Positions 1-7,963 of a DNA stretch of 10,827 nucleotides are shown here, one piece after another. Position numbers and translations under genes: made by a program. How positions within the stretch are numbered: the stretch's first letter is position 1; each line of letters starts with the position of its first letter. The stretch is from positions 1-10,827 of the forward strand of contig JBBQYG010000142.1 in the NCBI GenBank assembly GCA_038208905.1. Reading direction: 5' to 3'. The notes beneath the pieces were generated by a model. That model saw only the letters and a list, made by a program, of their open reading frames with translations, did no database searches and was not told the origin of the DNA. The stretch is from Candidatus Sumerlaeia bacterium (GTDB lineage Bacteria > Sumerlaeota > Sumerlaeia > SLMS01).

Positions 1-573
1 GAGCACAAGGCCGCCCTCGCGCTGGAGCAGGGGCGCGACGTGACCGTGGCGCGCGCGCGCCAGCACGACACCCTGCACCCCCGTTGCGGCACCACGCTGA
101 TGGCGCTGATCGTGCTGCTCTCCGTGCCGGGATTCGCGCTCGTCGATTGGCAGCTTCCGCTGGCCTATCCGCGCTATCTGGAACTCCCCGCGATCGGCAG
201 CCGACTCGTCCAACTGGTCGCCCACGTGATCGCGCTGCCGGTCGTCATTGGGGCCGCTTTCGAGTTGCTCAAGGCGTGCGCCCTGTCGCGCGCAAGGTGG
301 GCGCGCGTTCTTCTATGGCCAGGCTACGCTCTCCAGCGTCTGACGACTCGCCAGCCCGACGACTTGCAGTTGGAGGTTGCCATCGTGGCACTCTTCGGAG
401 CCCTTGCGATTCCACCGTGGCAACGAGACGTGAAGAGCTGGGTCGTGCGTGGCCTGGAGGACGACGACTCGGCGCCGGGCTACATCCCGCGCTCCCCCGC
501 CAAGGCCGCGCCGCCCGGCACGGAATCGGCTGCCGCAGGAAAAGACACCACCACATCGCGAGAGGAACCCTAG
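1..573 (+). CDS. DUF1385 (YqhQ-like) membrane protein, 5'-truncated by the window edge
   Basis: Frame 1 is open from base 1 (EHKAALALEQGRDVTVARARQHDTLHPRCGTT...). EHK (end of the family HGAEHK motif), HPRCGT, two hydrophobic segments and 'PGYALQRLTTRQPDDLQLEVAI' match DUF1385 hallmarks. Stop TAG at 571-573. Confidence 0.88.
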   Translation, partial: EHKAALALEQGRDVTVARARQHDTLHPRCGTTLMALIVLLSVPGFALVDWQLPLAYPRYLELPAIGSRLVQLVAHVIALPVVIGAAFELLKACALSRARWARVLLWPGYALQRLTTRQPDDLQLEVAIVALFGALAIPPWQRDVKSWVVRGLEDDDSAPGYIPRSPAKAAPPGTESAAAGKDTTTSREEP

Positions 574-575
574 AA

Positions 576-842
576 ATGAACGACAACCCCATCCCACCCG
601 GCCCGCTTCGCGAGAAGCTCGAGGACATGGAGACTCAGTACGGCGCCGTGCGCGGGAAACTCGCGATGGCGATGGATCTCATGTCCGACGCAGAGATCAC
701 CGCGGGCGCCCTCGCGGTATACTGCCGCAACGGCCTCGATCCGCGGCGCCCGCATCCCGATCTGGAGACGCTTCAGCGGATTCTGGTCGCCGTGCGTGGT
801 CTGGTGAAGGGCGCCTTTCGCGAGGGTGAAAAGCAGGAATAG
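576..842 (+). CDS. Hypothetical protein, 88 aa, probably helical (MNDNPIPPGPLREKLEDMETQYGAVRGKLAMAMDLMSDAEITAGALAVYCRNG...)
   Basis: ATG at 576, 2 nt after the DUF1385 stop, with GAGG at 562-565. GC-rich third codon positions. It is the 3' part of the listed 84..842 ORF; the part upstream of 576 is an off-frame shadow of DUF1385. Confidence 0.75.
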   Translation: MNDNPIPPGPLREKLEDMETQYGAVRGKLAMAMDLMSDAEITAGALAVYCRNGLDPRRPHPDLETLQRILVAVRGLVKGAFREGEKQE

Positions 843-910
843 CAAGGAGGCGAGGGGCGAACGCTTGGTCACTCCCCCGGCCTTCATCCCCACTACCTCA
901 TCCCTGCCGT

Positions 911-1846
<936 letters not shown>

Positions 1847-1873
1847 CGATCAGATTCCTGGCGCGGCAATTGG

Positions 1874-1889
1874 CCCCGGATATCCGGGG
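1874..1889. repeat. Perfect 16-bp palindrome CCCCGGATATCCGGGG, candidate operator
   Basis: The sequence reads the same on both strands. It lies in the divergent intergenic region, 27 nt upstream of the uxs ATG. Function is inferred only. Confidence 0.55.
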
Positions 1890-2007
1890 AGCGATAGCGT
1901 GAGGGCGTGGGGGGGCTTGTGGGCGAGGGAAAAATCGGTGGGCCGGGGCGGGGGAATCTGCGCTTGCCGGGCTGTGGGCGAATCGTGTAGCTATGCTCCA
2001 GCGCATC

Positions 2008-2015
2008 AAGGAGGT
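2008..2015 (+). promoter_or_regulatory. Strong Shine-Dalgarno AAGGAGGT for the antitoxin-like gene
   Basis: Near-consensus SD 7 nt upstream of ATG 2023. It favours 2023 over 1993 as the start codon. Confidence 0.8.
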
Positions 2016-2022
2016 CTGTGCC

Positions 2023-2271
2023 ATGTCTATCACCATGCACTTCAAGGCGAAGATCGAGTCCGACAGCATGAAGCTGTCCGGCCTGCAGGACTTGATTGGC
2101 AACGGGGTGGACATCACGATCAGGGAGGGCGGCGCCAAAGTGGGCGCATCCCCCCATGTGGATACTCTGGTCCCCGACCCTTGGGATGAGATCGTGGCGC
2201 TCGCGCGCGAGGCAGGCCCCGACATGAATCTGGAAGCGATCAGCGAGTTTCGTAGGAAGAATCGCTTGTGA
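2023..2271 (+). CDS. Putative type II antitoxin (VapB position), 82 aa
   Basis: Small ORF with a strong SD whose TGA overlaps the GTG of the PIN toxin (GTGA 2268-2271). The N-terminus looks beta-rich (HFKAKIESDSMKL...IGNGVDITIRE) and the C-terminus acidic/helical, ending 'ISEFRR', as in many VapB proteins. Family assignment is by position, not by a recognised motif. Confidence 0.72.
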   Translation: MSITMHFKAKIESDSMKLSGLQDLIGNGVDITIREGGAKVGASPHVDTLVPDPWDEIVALAREAGPDMNLEAISEFRRKNRL

Positions 2272-2666
2272 TTCTCTTGGACACCTCGCTGCTGATCGAC
2301 GTCACCCGAAATCCAGACGGTCACCTAGCACGCTCGATCCCACCACAGGAGCTTGGTGTCATCGGTCTCGTGGGGATTGAGTTTCTGCAATCATCGCGAG
2401 ACGACGCTCACGATCGAAAGCTGGAAGGAGTACTGGATGGCTTCCTCCAAGTACCGATGGGCGAGCCTATCTGGCGAGAAGCCGCAAGGAACGCGAGCCA
2501 GCTCCGAAGGGTCGGCATCACAGTAACCATCGCTGATATCTGCATTGCGACCCTTGCGATCCGCCTCGGTGTCCCCGTTTGGTCTCTCGACAAGGACTTT
2601 TTGTGTATACACCGTCACATTCCCCAACTTCGTCTCTACGAGCATCCCTCCAAGGCCACCCCATGA
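2268..2666 (+). CDS. vapC: VapC-family PIN-domain ribonuclease toxin, 132 aa
   Basis: MILLDTSLLID start with the PIN acidic residues D5, E38, D90 (IADICIA) and D108/D110 (WSLDKDF). Typical size, directly downstream of a small overlapping ORF. Confidence 0.9.
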   Translation: MILLDTSLLIDVTRNPDGHLARSIPPQELGVIGLVGIEFLQSSRDDAHDRKLEGVLDGFLQVPMGEPIWREAARNASQLRRVGITVTIADICIATLAIRLGVPVWSLDKDFLCIHRHIPQLRLYEHPSKATP

Positions 2667-3652
2667 CCCACGCACCCGACCGTTACGACCGCATGTTCTA
2701 TCGCCGCTGTGGACGCAGTGGGCTCAGGCTCCCGCTGATTTCGCTCGGGTTTTGGCAGTCCCTTGGCGAGGCCGGGAGGGAGGACCTGTGCCGCAAGGTC
2801 ATGGCCCGCGCCATTGACCTTGGCATCACGCACTTCGACTTCGCTAACAACTACGGTCCGCCGCCGGGGAGCGCGGAGGAGATCGCGGGGAAGCTGCTGA
2901 AGGATTTCCCGCGCGACGAACTGGTGATCTCCACCAAGGCCGGGTTCGAGATGTGGCCGGGTCCCTATGGCAGTGGAGGGAGCCGGAAATATCTGATCTC
3001 AAGTCTCGACGCGTCGCTCAAGCGGCTGCGGCTGGACTACGTGGACATCTTCTATCACCATTGCCACGACCCCAACACGCCGATGGAGGAGAGCCTTGGC
3101 GCGCTCGACCACATCGTGAAACAGGGGAAGGCATTGTATATCGGCGTCAGCAACTACAACGGCGCCCAGTTCCAGCAGGCGTGCGAGATCATCCGCGCCA
3201 ACAACTTCACGCGCCTCCTGATCGTGCAGCCCCACATGAACATGCTGGAGCGCACGCACATCGGCGGCCTGCTTCCCCATACGGACCGCGAAGGCGTCGG
3301 AGCGATTCCGTTCTGTCCGCTGGCGCAGGGAGCGCTGACGGATCGCTATCGCCACGGCATCCCGCCCGACTCGCGCCGCGGACGCCTCGGCGAGGACGGC
3401 GTTAAGTGGTATGAGGAGCGCGAGGCCAACGGCACGTGGGCCAAGGTGGAGAAGCTCGCCGCCATCGCCGAACGCCGCGGCCAGACCCTCGCCCAGATGG
3501 CCCTCGTGTGGCTCCTGCGCGATTGCCGCGTCTCCAGCGTCCTCATCGGTGCCTCGCGCGTGCATCAATTGGAGGAGAACGTCGCGTCGCTGGAGAAAAT
3601 GCACTTCGAGGATAACGAACTCGGCGAGATATGGGGCATTCTGACGTCGTAG
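2663..3652 (+). CDS. gpr: Aldo-keto reductase, L-glyceraldehyde-3-phosphate/methylglyoxal reductase (Gpr/YghZ/MgrA) type, 329 aa
   Basis: YRRCGRSGLRLPLISLGFW, GITHFDFANNYGPPPGSAEE, RDELVISTKAGFEMWPGPYGSGGSRKYL and SVLIGASRVHQLEENV closely resemble E. coli YghZ as I recall it. The AKR tetrad D/Y/K/H is present. ATG 2663 (ATGA overlap with the vapC stop) matches the homolog N-terminus better than 2579. Confidence 0.9.
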   Translation: MTHAPDRYDRMFYRRCGRSGLRLPLISLGFWQSLGEAGREDLCRKVMARAIDLGITHFDFANNYGPPPGSAEEIAGKLLKDFPRDELVISTKAGFEMWPGPYGSGGSRKYLISSLDASLKRLRLDYVDIFYHHCHDPNTPMEESLGALDHIVKQGKALYIGVSNYNGAQFQQACEIIRANNFTRLLIVQPHMNMLERTHIGGLLPHTDREGVGAIPFCPLAQGALTDRYRHGIPPDSRRGRLGEDGVKWYEEREANGTWAKVEKLAAIAERRGQTLAQMALVWLLRDCRVSSVLIGASRVHQLEENVASLEKMHFEDNELGEIWGILTS

Positions 3653-3669
3653 GCACTTGCATGCCAGCA

Positions 3670-3996
3670 CTACAAATGCACCACCGCCGACCATGCCTCG
3701 GAGCTACGGAAGATGTTCACGCGGATGGATCGACCGATGCCGCCCAGAACGCGCACCTCGCCGTCGCCGATGGCCTCGAAGCCGTCCCATTGTTCCGGCT
3801 CCACGACGTAGGAGAGGAGTACGGTGATGTCCTTCCACGTGAGGACTTGGTGCGCCTCGTCAAGCGGCCGAAGTCCCTCGTCTCCCACGCGGACGAGTGG
3901 TGGTCTTCCGACCGAGAGATGGATGGCCCGGGCGCCGTCCACGGCGAGGGCGCTCTCCACCAGATCCCAGAACTTCGGGACACGGTGCGCTGTCAC
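3670..3996 (-). CDS. Stand-alone PilT/PilU-type N-terminal (PAS-like) domain protein with no ATPase domain, 108 aa
   Basis: GARAIHLSVGRPPLVRV...EQWDGFE...IRVNIFRSSEAWSAVVHL aligns with the PilT N-domain pattern GASDLHLSAGLPPMIRV...KQRKDFE...FRVNAFNQNRGAGAVFR. The GTG start overlaps the TPR gene's TGA (3993-3996). TAG at 3670-3672 comes before any Walker A motif. Confidence 0.78.
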   Translation of the reverse strand: MTAHRVPKFWDLVESALAVDGARAIHLSVGRPPLVRVGDEGLRPLDEAHQVLTWKDITVLLSYVVEPEQWDGFEAIGDGEVRVLGGIGRSIRVNIFRSSEAWSAVVHL

Positions 3997-6644
3997 GGCG
4001 TAGTGACTTTCTGCTCCGGGCTGGCGGCCTTATTGTCGGGAACCGCAAGGGCGTCGCGGCGCTCGCGGGCCAGCTTGTAGTCGGGCTTGAGCAGGATCGC
4101 CTTGTCATAGCTTGCGCGGGCCAAGTCCGGCTCGCCCACCTTCTCGTAGAGCTGGCCCAGGTTCGTCAGGATCTCGGGATCGCGCGCCGAGATGCGGGCG
4201 GCGCGCTCGAGGTAGCGACGCGCCTCCGCGAGGTTGCCGTTCCGCATATACAGGACGCCCGCGGAATCGAGAATATACGCCGCGTTGGGATTGACCAGCA
4301 TCGCCTGCTTGATGAGTCGCTCCGCCTCGTCGAGCTTGATGCCGCTGCGCGCGTAGAGATAGCCGAGATTGTTGGAGGCCGTCTCATAGTACTTGTTCGC
4401 ATCGGAGCCACCCATGTCGAGGAGGCGACGATAGTACTTCTCCGCGGTCTCCAAGTCGTTCACTTCCCCCGCGGCCGCGGCGAGTTGGAAGATAACTTCG
4501 GAGTTTTCGGGGTTCTCCGTCTGGAGCTGGCGCAGCACGCTGACTCCGCGAGGGGCGTCGCCCCGTTCAATGAAGATGCGCGCGCGCAGGAGCTGGGTCT
4601 CGATCGGCTTCTCCGCGCTGAACTCGCGGATCACCGTATTGAGTTCCCGCTGGGCTTCTTCGTCCTTCCCCTGACGAACGAGCGACTGGAGCAGGGGCTC
4701 GCGGAACGCGATCTCCCGGGCGTCGAGGGCGATCAGGTCGCGGAGGACTTTCTCGGCCTCTTCATTCCTGCGCAGTTCCAGGAGCAGCCCCGCCTTCGCC
4801 AGGTTCTTCGCCGCGATGGCTTCGTCGTTGCCGCGGATGTAGGGTTCGGAGTCTTCGATCACCTTTAGCCCTTGGTCGGGAAGGCCGAGCAGTATATAAG
4901 TTTGGGCCAGTGCCGTCCGCGCGCGGAGGTCCTCCGGCGTCGTCGCCAAGGCGCGCTCGATGGCCTTGCGCGAGCGCTCGAATTCACCAAAGCCCTGCGC
5001 CAGGATGCCGTACTCGATCTGGAATTCCGCGTTGGTGCGAAGCTGCTGCTCCGCCCGGGCCTCGATAAAGTCCAGACCCTTCGCGTCTGCGTCCTCGAAG
5101 TAGAGCTGTGCCAGAAGCATCCAGCTCTTGAGGTCGGAACTTTCGGCGGCGACGACCATCTGAAACTGTTCGGAGGCCATTTGCCGCTCGCCGCGCCTCA
5201 GGTAGAGGAGCCCAAGCTGGCGCGAGGCCATCGGGTTGACGGGCTGCTGATCGATCGAGGTGCGAAGATACTTCTCCGCGCCGGCGGTGTCGCCCGAGTG
5301 TTCGGCAATGGCGGCCAGGGCTCCCAGGCTACGGATGTCCTTTGGGTTCAACGCGACCGCGCGCTCCAGAAGGGGCTTGGCGCGGTCGGCCAGATTCTGT
5401 TGGAGGAAGGCGAGGCCGACGATGCGATAGGTATCGGGGTCCGCCGCGTGGGACTTCAGGGCGCGGTCCAGAAACGGCTCCGCGCTGGCGAAATCGTTGT
5501 TCCTCATGCGGTCCTTGGCGAGGTCCAGAAGCGAGGCGAGATGATCTGGATCGATGGCCAGCATTTCCTGCCGCAACTCCACGAGTCGCTGCCAGTTCTC
5601 CACGCGCACCAGGTACTCGGCGAACAGCTCGTAAATGCGCAGGTCGTTCTTTGAGTCCTTCGCGATGCGCTCATAGGCTTCGGTAACGGCGGCGCCGCCG
5701 CTGTTCTTCTCGAGAAGCGATTCCCATGCGATGCGGATGCCATCCTGGGTCGGCGCGATCAGCATGGCGCGCTCATAGAGCTGAATGGCGTCACTCGTCC
5801 GCCCCGCGGAGGCGATGCGCCGCGCGATCTCCTGCATGCGGTCGATCAGGCTGGGACGATATCGGATGAGCCGCTCATAGAGGACATTGGCCTCCTCCAT
5901 CTCGCCGGTCAGCGCGCATGCGTCGGCATTCCACATCAGCGCGTTCAGGTTCTTGTCGTCGATGCGAAGAATCTCGCGGGTGTACTGCTTGGAGCCCTCC
6001 ATGTCGTGTTCCACGCGGAACGCGATGTCGGCGAGATTGAGCAGTGCCTCGATATTGTGCGGGCGCGCCGCGATGGCGCGGGCATAGACGGCCTTGGCCT
6101 CGGGGATTCGCTGGGCGAGCCGCTTGGCCTCTCCCAGGCGGAGCAGCGCCGTGAGGTTCTTGGCATCCACAGCCAGCACTTCTTCCAGAAGGGTCTCTGC
6201 GCGGGAGATGTCATTGAGGCCGAGGCAGAGGGACGCCACCTTGATTTTGAACCAGATGTTCTCGGGGTCCTTGGCAAGTGCCTCCTCGTATGCCTTCAGC
6301 GCGCGGGTGGTGTTTCCGGTTTCCATCGAGTATGCGCCTTCCACATAGCTTTCGAGGGCTAGTTCGGCGACGGGGTTCCTGGATACGATCTTGCCACCGG
6401 GAAACACCGTCGATCCGATCGCGAGATCCTGACCGCTGGGGTCAAGGTAGCGCTCGTCCTCAAGGGAAAGCGGCGGAAGCTCGTCCTCCACGATCGCGGG
6501 CTGTTCCGCCTTCTGGTAGCGCTCCTGCCAGAACTTCTGGAAGGGGCGCTGGGCATGACTGGCCGTGGTCGATGCGACCAGAAGCGCGAAGATTGCGGCT
6601 CGGACGGCGGCGGGGCGGCGGTGTGGAAGGCTGGCGATGGGCAT
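3993..6644 (-). CDS. Large exported tetratricopeptide-repeat (TPR) protein, about 883 aa
   Basis: Many TPR-like units (A...Y..AL..DP.N). The C-terminal NNLGYLYA...LDEAERLIKQAMLVNPNAAYILDSAG block is typical of envelope TPR proteins. ATG 6644 gives a Sec-type signal peptide (HRR..R, AAIFALLVA, SHA|Q). The listed 6827 start would overlap the MFS gene. Confidence 0.88.
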   Translation of the reverse strand: MPIASLPHRRPAAVRAAIFALLVASTTASHAQRPFQKFWQERYQKAEQPAIVEDELPPLSLEDERYLDPSGQDLAIGSTVFPGGKIVSRNPVAELALESYVEGAYSMETGNTTRALKAYEEALAKDPENIWFKIKVASLCLGLNDISRAETLLEEVLAVDAKNLTALLRLGEAKRLAQRIPEAKAVYARAIAARPHNIEALLNLADIAFRVEHDMEGSKQYTREILRIDDKNLNALMWNADACALTGEMEEANVLYERLIRYRPSLIDRMQEIARRIASAGRTSDAIQLYERAMLIAPTQDGIRIAWESLLEKNSGGAAVTEAYERIAKDSKNDLRIYELFAEYLVRVENWQRLVELRQEMLAIDPDHLASLLDLAKDRMRNNDFASAEPFLDRALKSHAADPDTYRIVGLAFLQQNLADRAKPLLERAVALNPKDIRSLGALAAIAEHSGDTAGAEKYLRTSIDQQPVNPMASRQLGLLYLRRGERQMASEQFQMVVAAESSDLKSWMLLAQLYFEDADAKGLDFIEARAEQQLRTNAEFQIEYGILAQGFGEFERSRKAIERALATTPEDLRARTALAQTYILLGLPDQGLKVIEDSEPYIRGNDEAIAAKNLAKAGLLLELRRNEEAEKVLRDLIALDAREIAFREPLLQSLVRQGKDEEAQRELNTVIREFSAEKPIETQLLRARIFIERGDAPRGVSVLRQLQTENPENSEVIFQLAAAAGEVNDLETAEKYYRRLLDMGGSDANKYYETASNNLGYLYARSGIKLDEAERLIKQAMLVNPNAAYILDSAGVLYMRNGNLAEARRYLERAARISARDPEILTNLGQLYEKVGEPDLARASYDKAILLKPDYKLARERRDALAVPDNKAASPEQKVTTP

Positions 6645-6745
6645 TTCTTCTCGGTACCGTTGGCGGTGCGGATTGATCTGGGCCCGACTTGAGCAATAGG
6701 AAATTCCGGCGCGCGACCCGTCAAGGATGATCCCGCCGGGGAGGC

Positions 6746-7963
6746 TCAAGGGGTTGACCGGGGGGAGGAGCGTCCCGTTTGGTCCCGGCGCCCCTTCAGT
6801 GCCACATAGGCGAAGAACGCGCCACAAATCGCGAAGGATACGAGCCCCGCCGCTCCATAGACCCCGAGGGCGCCGCCCAACCCGTTAAGCTTGAGCACCG
6901 GCTGCACAGCCAGCGGCGATAGGAACTGGCCCAGGAACATACAGGAAGAAAGCGCGCCGACCAGCTTTCCGCGCGCGTGATCGGGGGAGCGCTCGGCCAG
7001 CCAGATGCTCATGTTCGGCATGAGTAGCCCTATCCCCACGCCGTTTAGAATCATCGCGGGAAACACCCACGCAACGGAGTCTATCCGCGCCAGGAGGGTG
7101 TAGGCGCAGGCCATAAGCCCGAAAACAATGGCGCAGATCGCCTCACGGGAAAGCGCCTGACGCAGCCTGCGATACTGCAACGCCGCCAAGGCCCCCACGA
7201 AAGTGGAAGTGGCCAGCGCGTAGCCGGCGATGGCCGTGGAAGTTCCGCCCAGTTCCTTGATATAGTAGGGGAGCTTTACCGGAATCAGGTAGAACAGCAT
7301 CATCCCCAATCCGCCCACCCCGAAAATGACAGACATCGTGACCCAAGGAATCGGCACGCGATCGCCCGTCGCGCTGGCGGCTCGGTGCGCGGCCTCGTCA
7401 CGTGTCTCGCGCAGTTTGAGAAACACCCCTGGTGCCAGCAGCAGCGCCGCCAGATACACCGCAAACGGCGCGCGCCAATGCAGGTCGGCCAGAAGCCCCC
7501 CGCCGACCAGGAAGAATACGCCACCGCCCGCCATGAACGCGCTCTGTATTCCCATGAAGGATTGCCGCGTTCCGCCATCGAAGTAGTCGGTTACCAGCGT
7601 TGTGCTCGCCGTCATCACCGCGCCCACGGCGAGGCCCAGGAACATGCGCCCCACCAGCAGCGAATGCAGCGACGACAGCCACAGGCCCGAGCTACCCGCG
7701 ATGGCAAACAGCACGAGCCCCGCCGCGAGAACCGGGATCCTGCCGACGCTGTCCACCAAATAGCCCATGAAGAATCCGGTGAAAGCGATCACCAGTGCGG
7801 GCGCCGTCAGGACCAGCGGCACCAGAATATTCGCCATCGGCACCTTGGAGAACACCTCCTGCATCGCGGGAAGTGATGGGGCGATCGTCGCGCCCGACAT
7901 CACGGTGAGCATGCTGCACCCAAGGATGATGCCCTTCTGGAGGGTGCTTGGCGGGGCGCTCAC
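6746..7963 (-). CDS. Major facilitator superfamily transporter, about 405 aa
   Basis: About 12 hydrophobic segments, MFS motif A (GYLVDSVGRIPV), GRMFLGLAVG, and 'LTVMSGATIAPSLPAM' in TM1. GTG 7963 overlaps the tsaB TGA (7960-7963), with GAGG upstream. Confidence 0.9.
   Translation of the reverse strand: MSAPPSTLQKGIILGCSMLTVMSGATIAPSLPAMQEVFSKVPMANILVPLVLTAPALVIAFTGFFMGYLVDSVGRIPVLAAGLVLFAIAGSSGLWLSSLHSLLVGRMFLGLAVGAVMTASTTLVTDYFDGGTRQSFMGIQSAFMAGGGVFFLVGGGLLADLHWRAPFAVYLAALLLAPGVFLKLRETRDEAAHRAASATGDRVPIPWVTMSVIFGVGGLGMMLFYLIPVKLPYYIKELGGTSTAIAGYALATSTFVGALAALQYRRLRQALSREAICAIVFGLMACAYTLLARIDSVAWVFPAMILNGVGIGLLMPNMSIWLAERSPDHARGKLVGALSSCMFLGQFLSPLAVQPVLKLNGLGGALGVYGAAGLVSFAICGAFFAYVALKGRRDQTGRSSPRSTP

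Noticed and set aside
844..884. Imperfect inverted repeat (AGGCGAGGGG...CCCCCGGCCT) between the convergent 88-aa gene and uxs
   Set aside because: The stem is mismatched, the loop is long and neither strand has a U-tract, so it is too weak to call a terminator.
1859..1873. Sigma-54-like -24/-12 element TGGCGCGGCAATTGG on the + strand, pointing at the TA cassette
   Set aside because: Spacing is right but it reads GG-N10-GG rather than the near-invariant GG-N10-GC, so it is not supportable without TSS data.
1964..1997. Sigma-70-like TTGCCG ... TAGCTA/TATGCT upstream of the antitoxin
   Set aside because: The better -10 (TATGCT) is 22 nt from the -35, and the 18-nt-spaced one lacks the conserved final T.
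2579..2662. Upstream in-frame start for the AKR at 2579
   Set aside because: It would overlap vapC by 88 nt and add residues absent from YghZ-type homologs. ATG 2663 fits better.
3897..5654. Long + strand ORFs 3897..4868 and 4872..5654 (similarly 1154..1897, 7948..8757, 8472..9323 and 9586..10395 on +, and 2999..3694 on -)
   Set aside because: These are antisense shadows of well-supported genes, expected in high-GC DNA, and carry no recognisable motifs.
6615..6644. Twin arginine (HRRPAA) in the TPR signal peptide suggesting Tat export
   Set aside because: It lacks the S/T-R-R-x-F-L consensus, so a Sec signal is the simpler reading.
6690..6724. Possible promoter upstream of the TPR gene on the - strand (TTGACG... 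and GGAATTTCCTATTGC)
   Set aside because: The GG-to-GC spacing is 11 rather than the 10 needed for sigma-54, and TTGACG has no good -10 hexamer at 16-18 nt.
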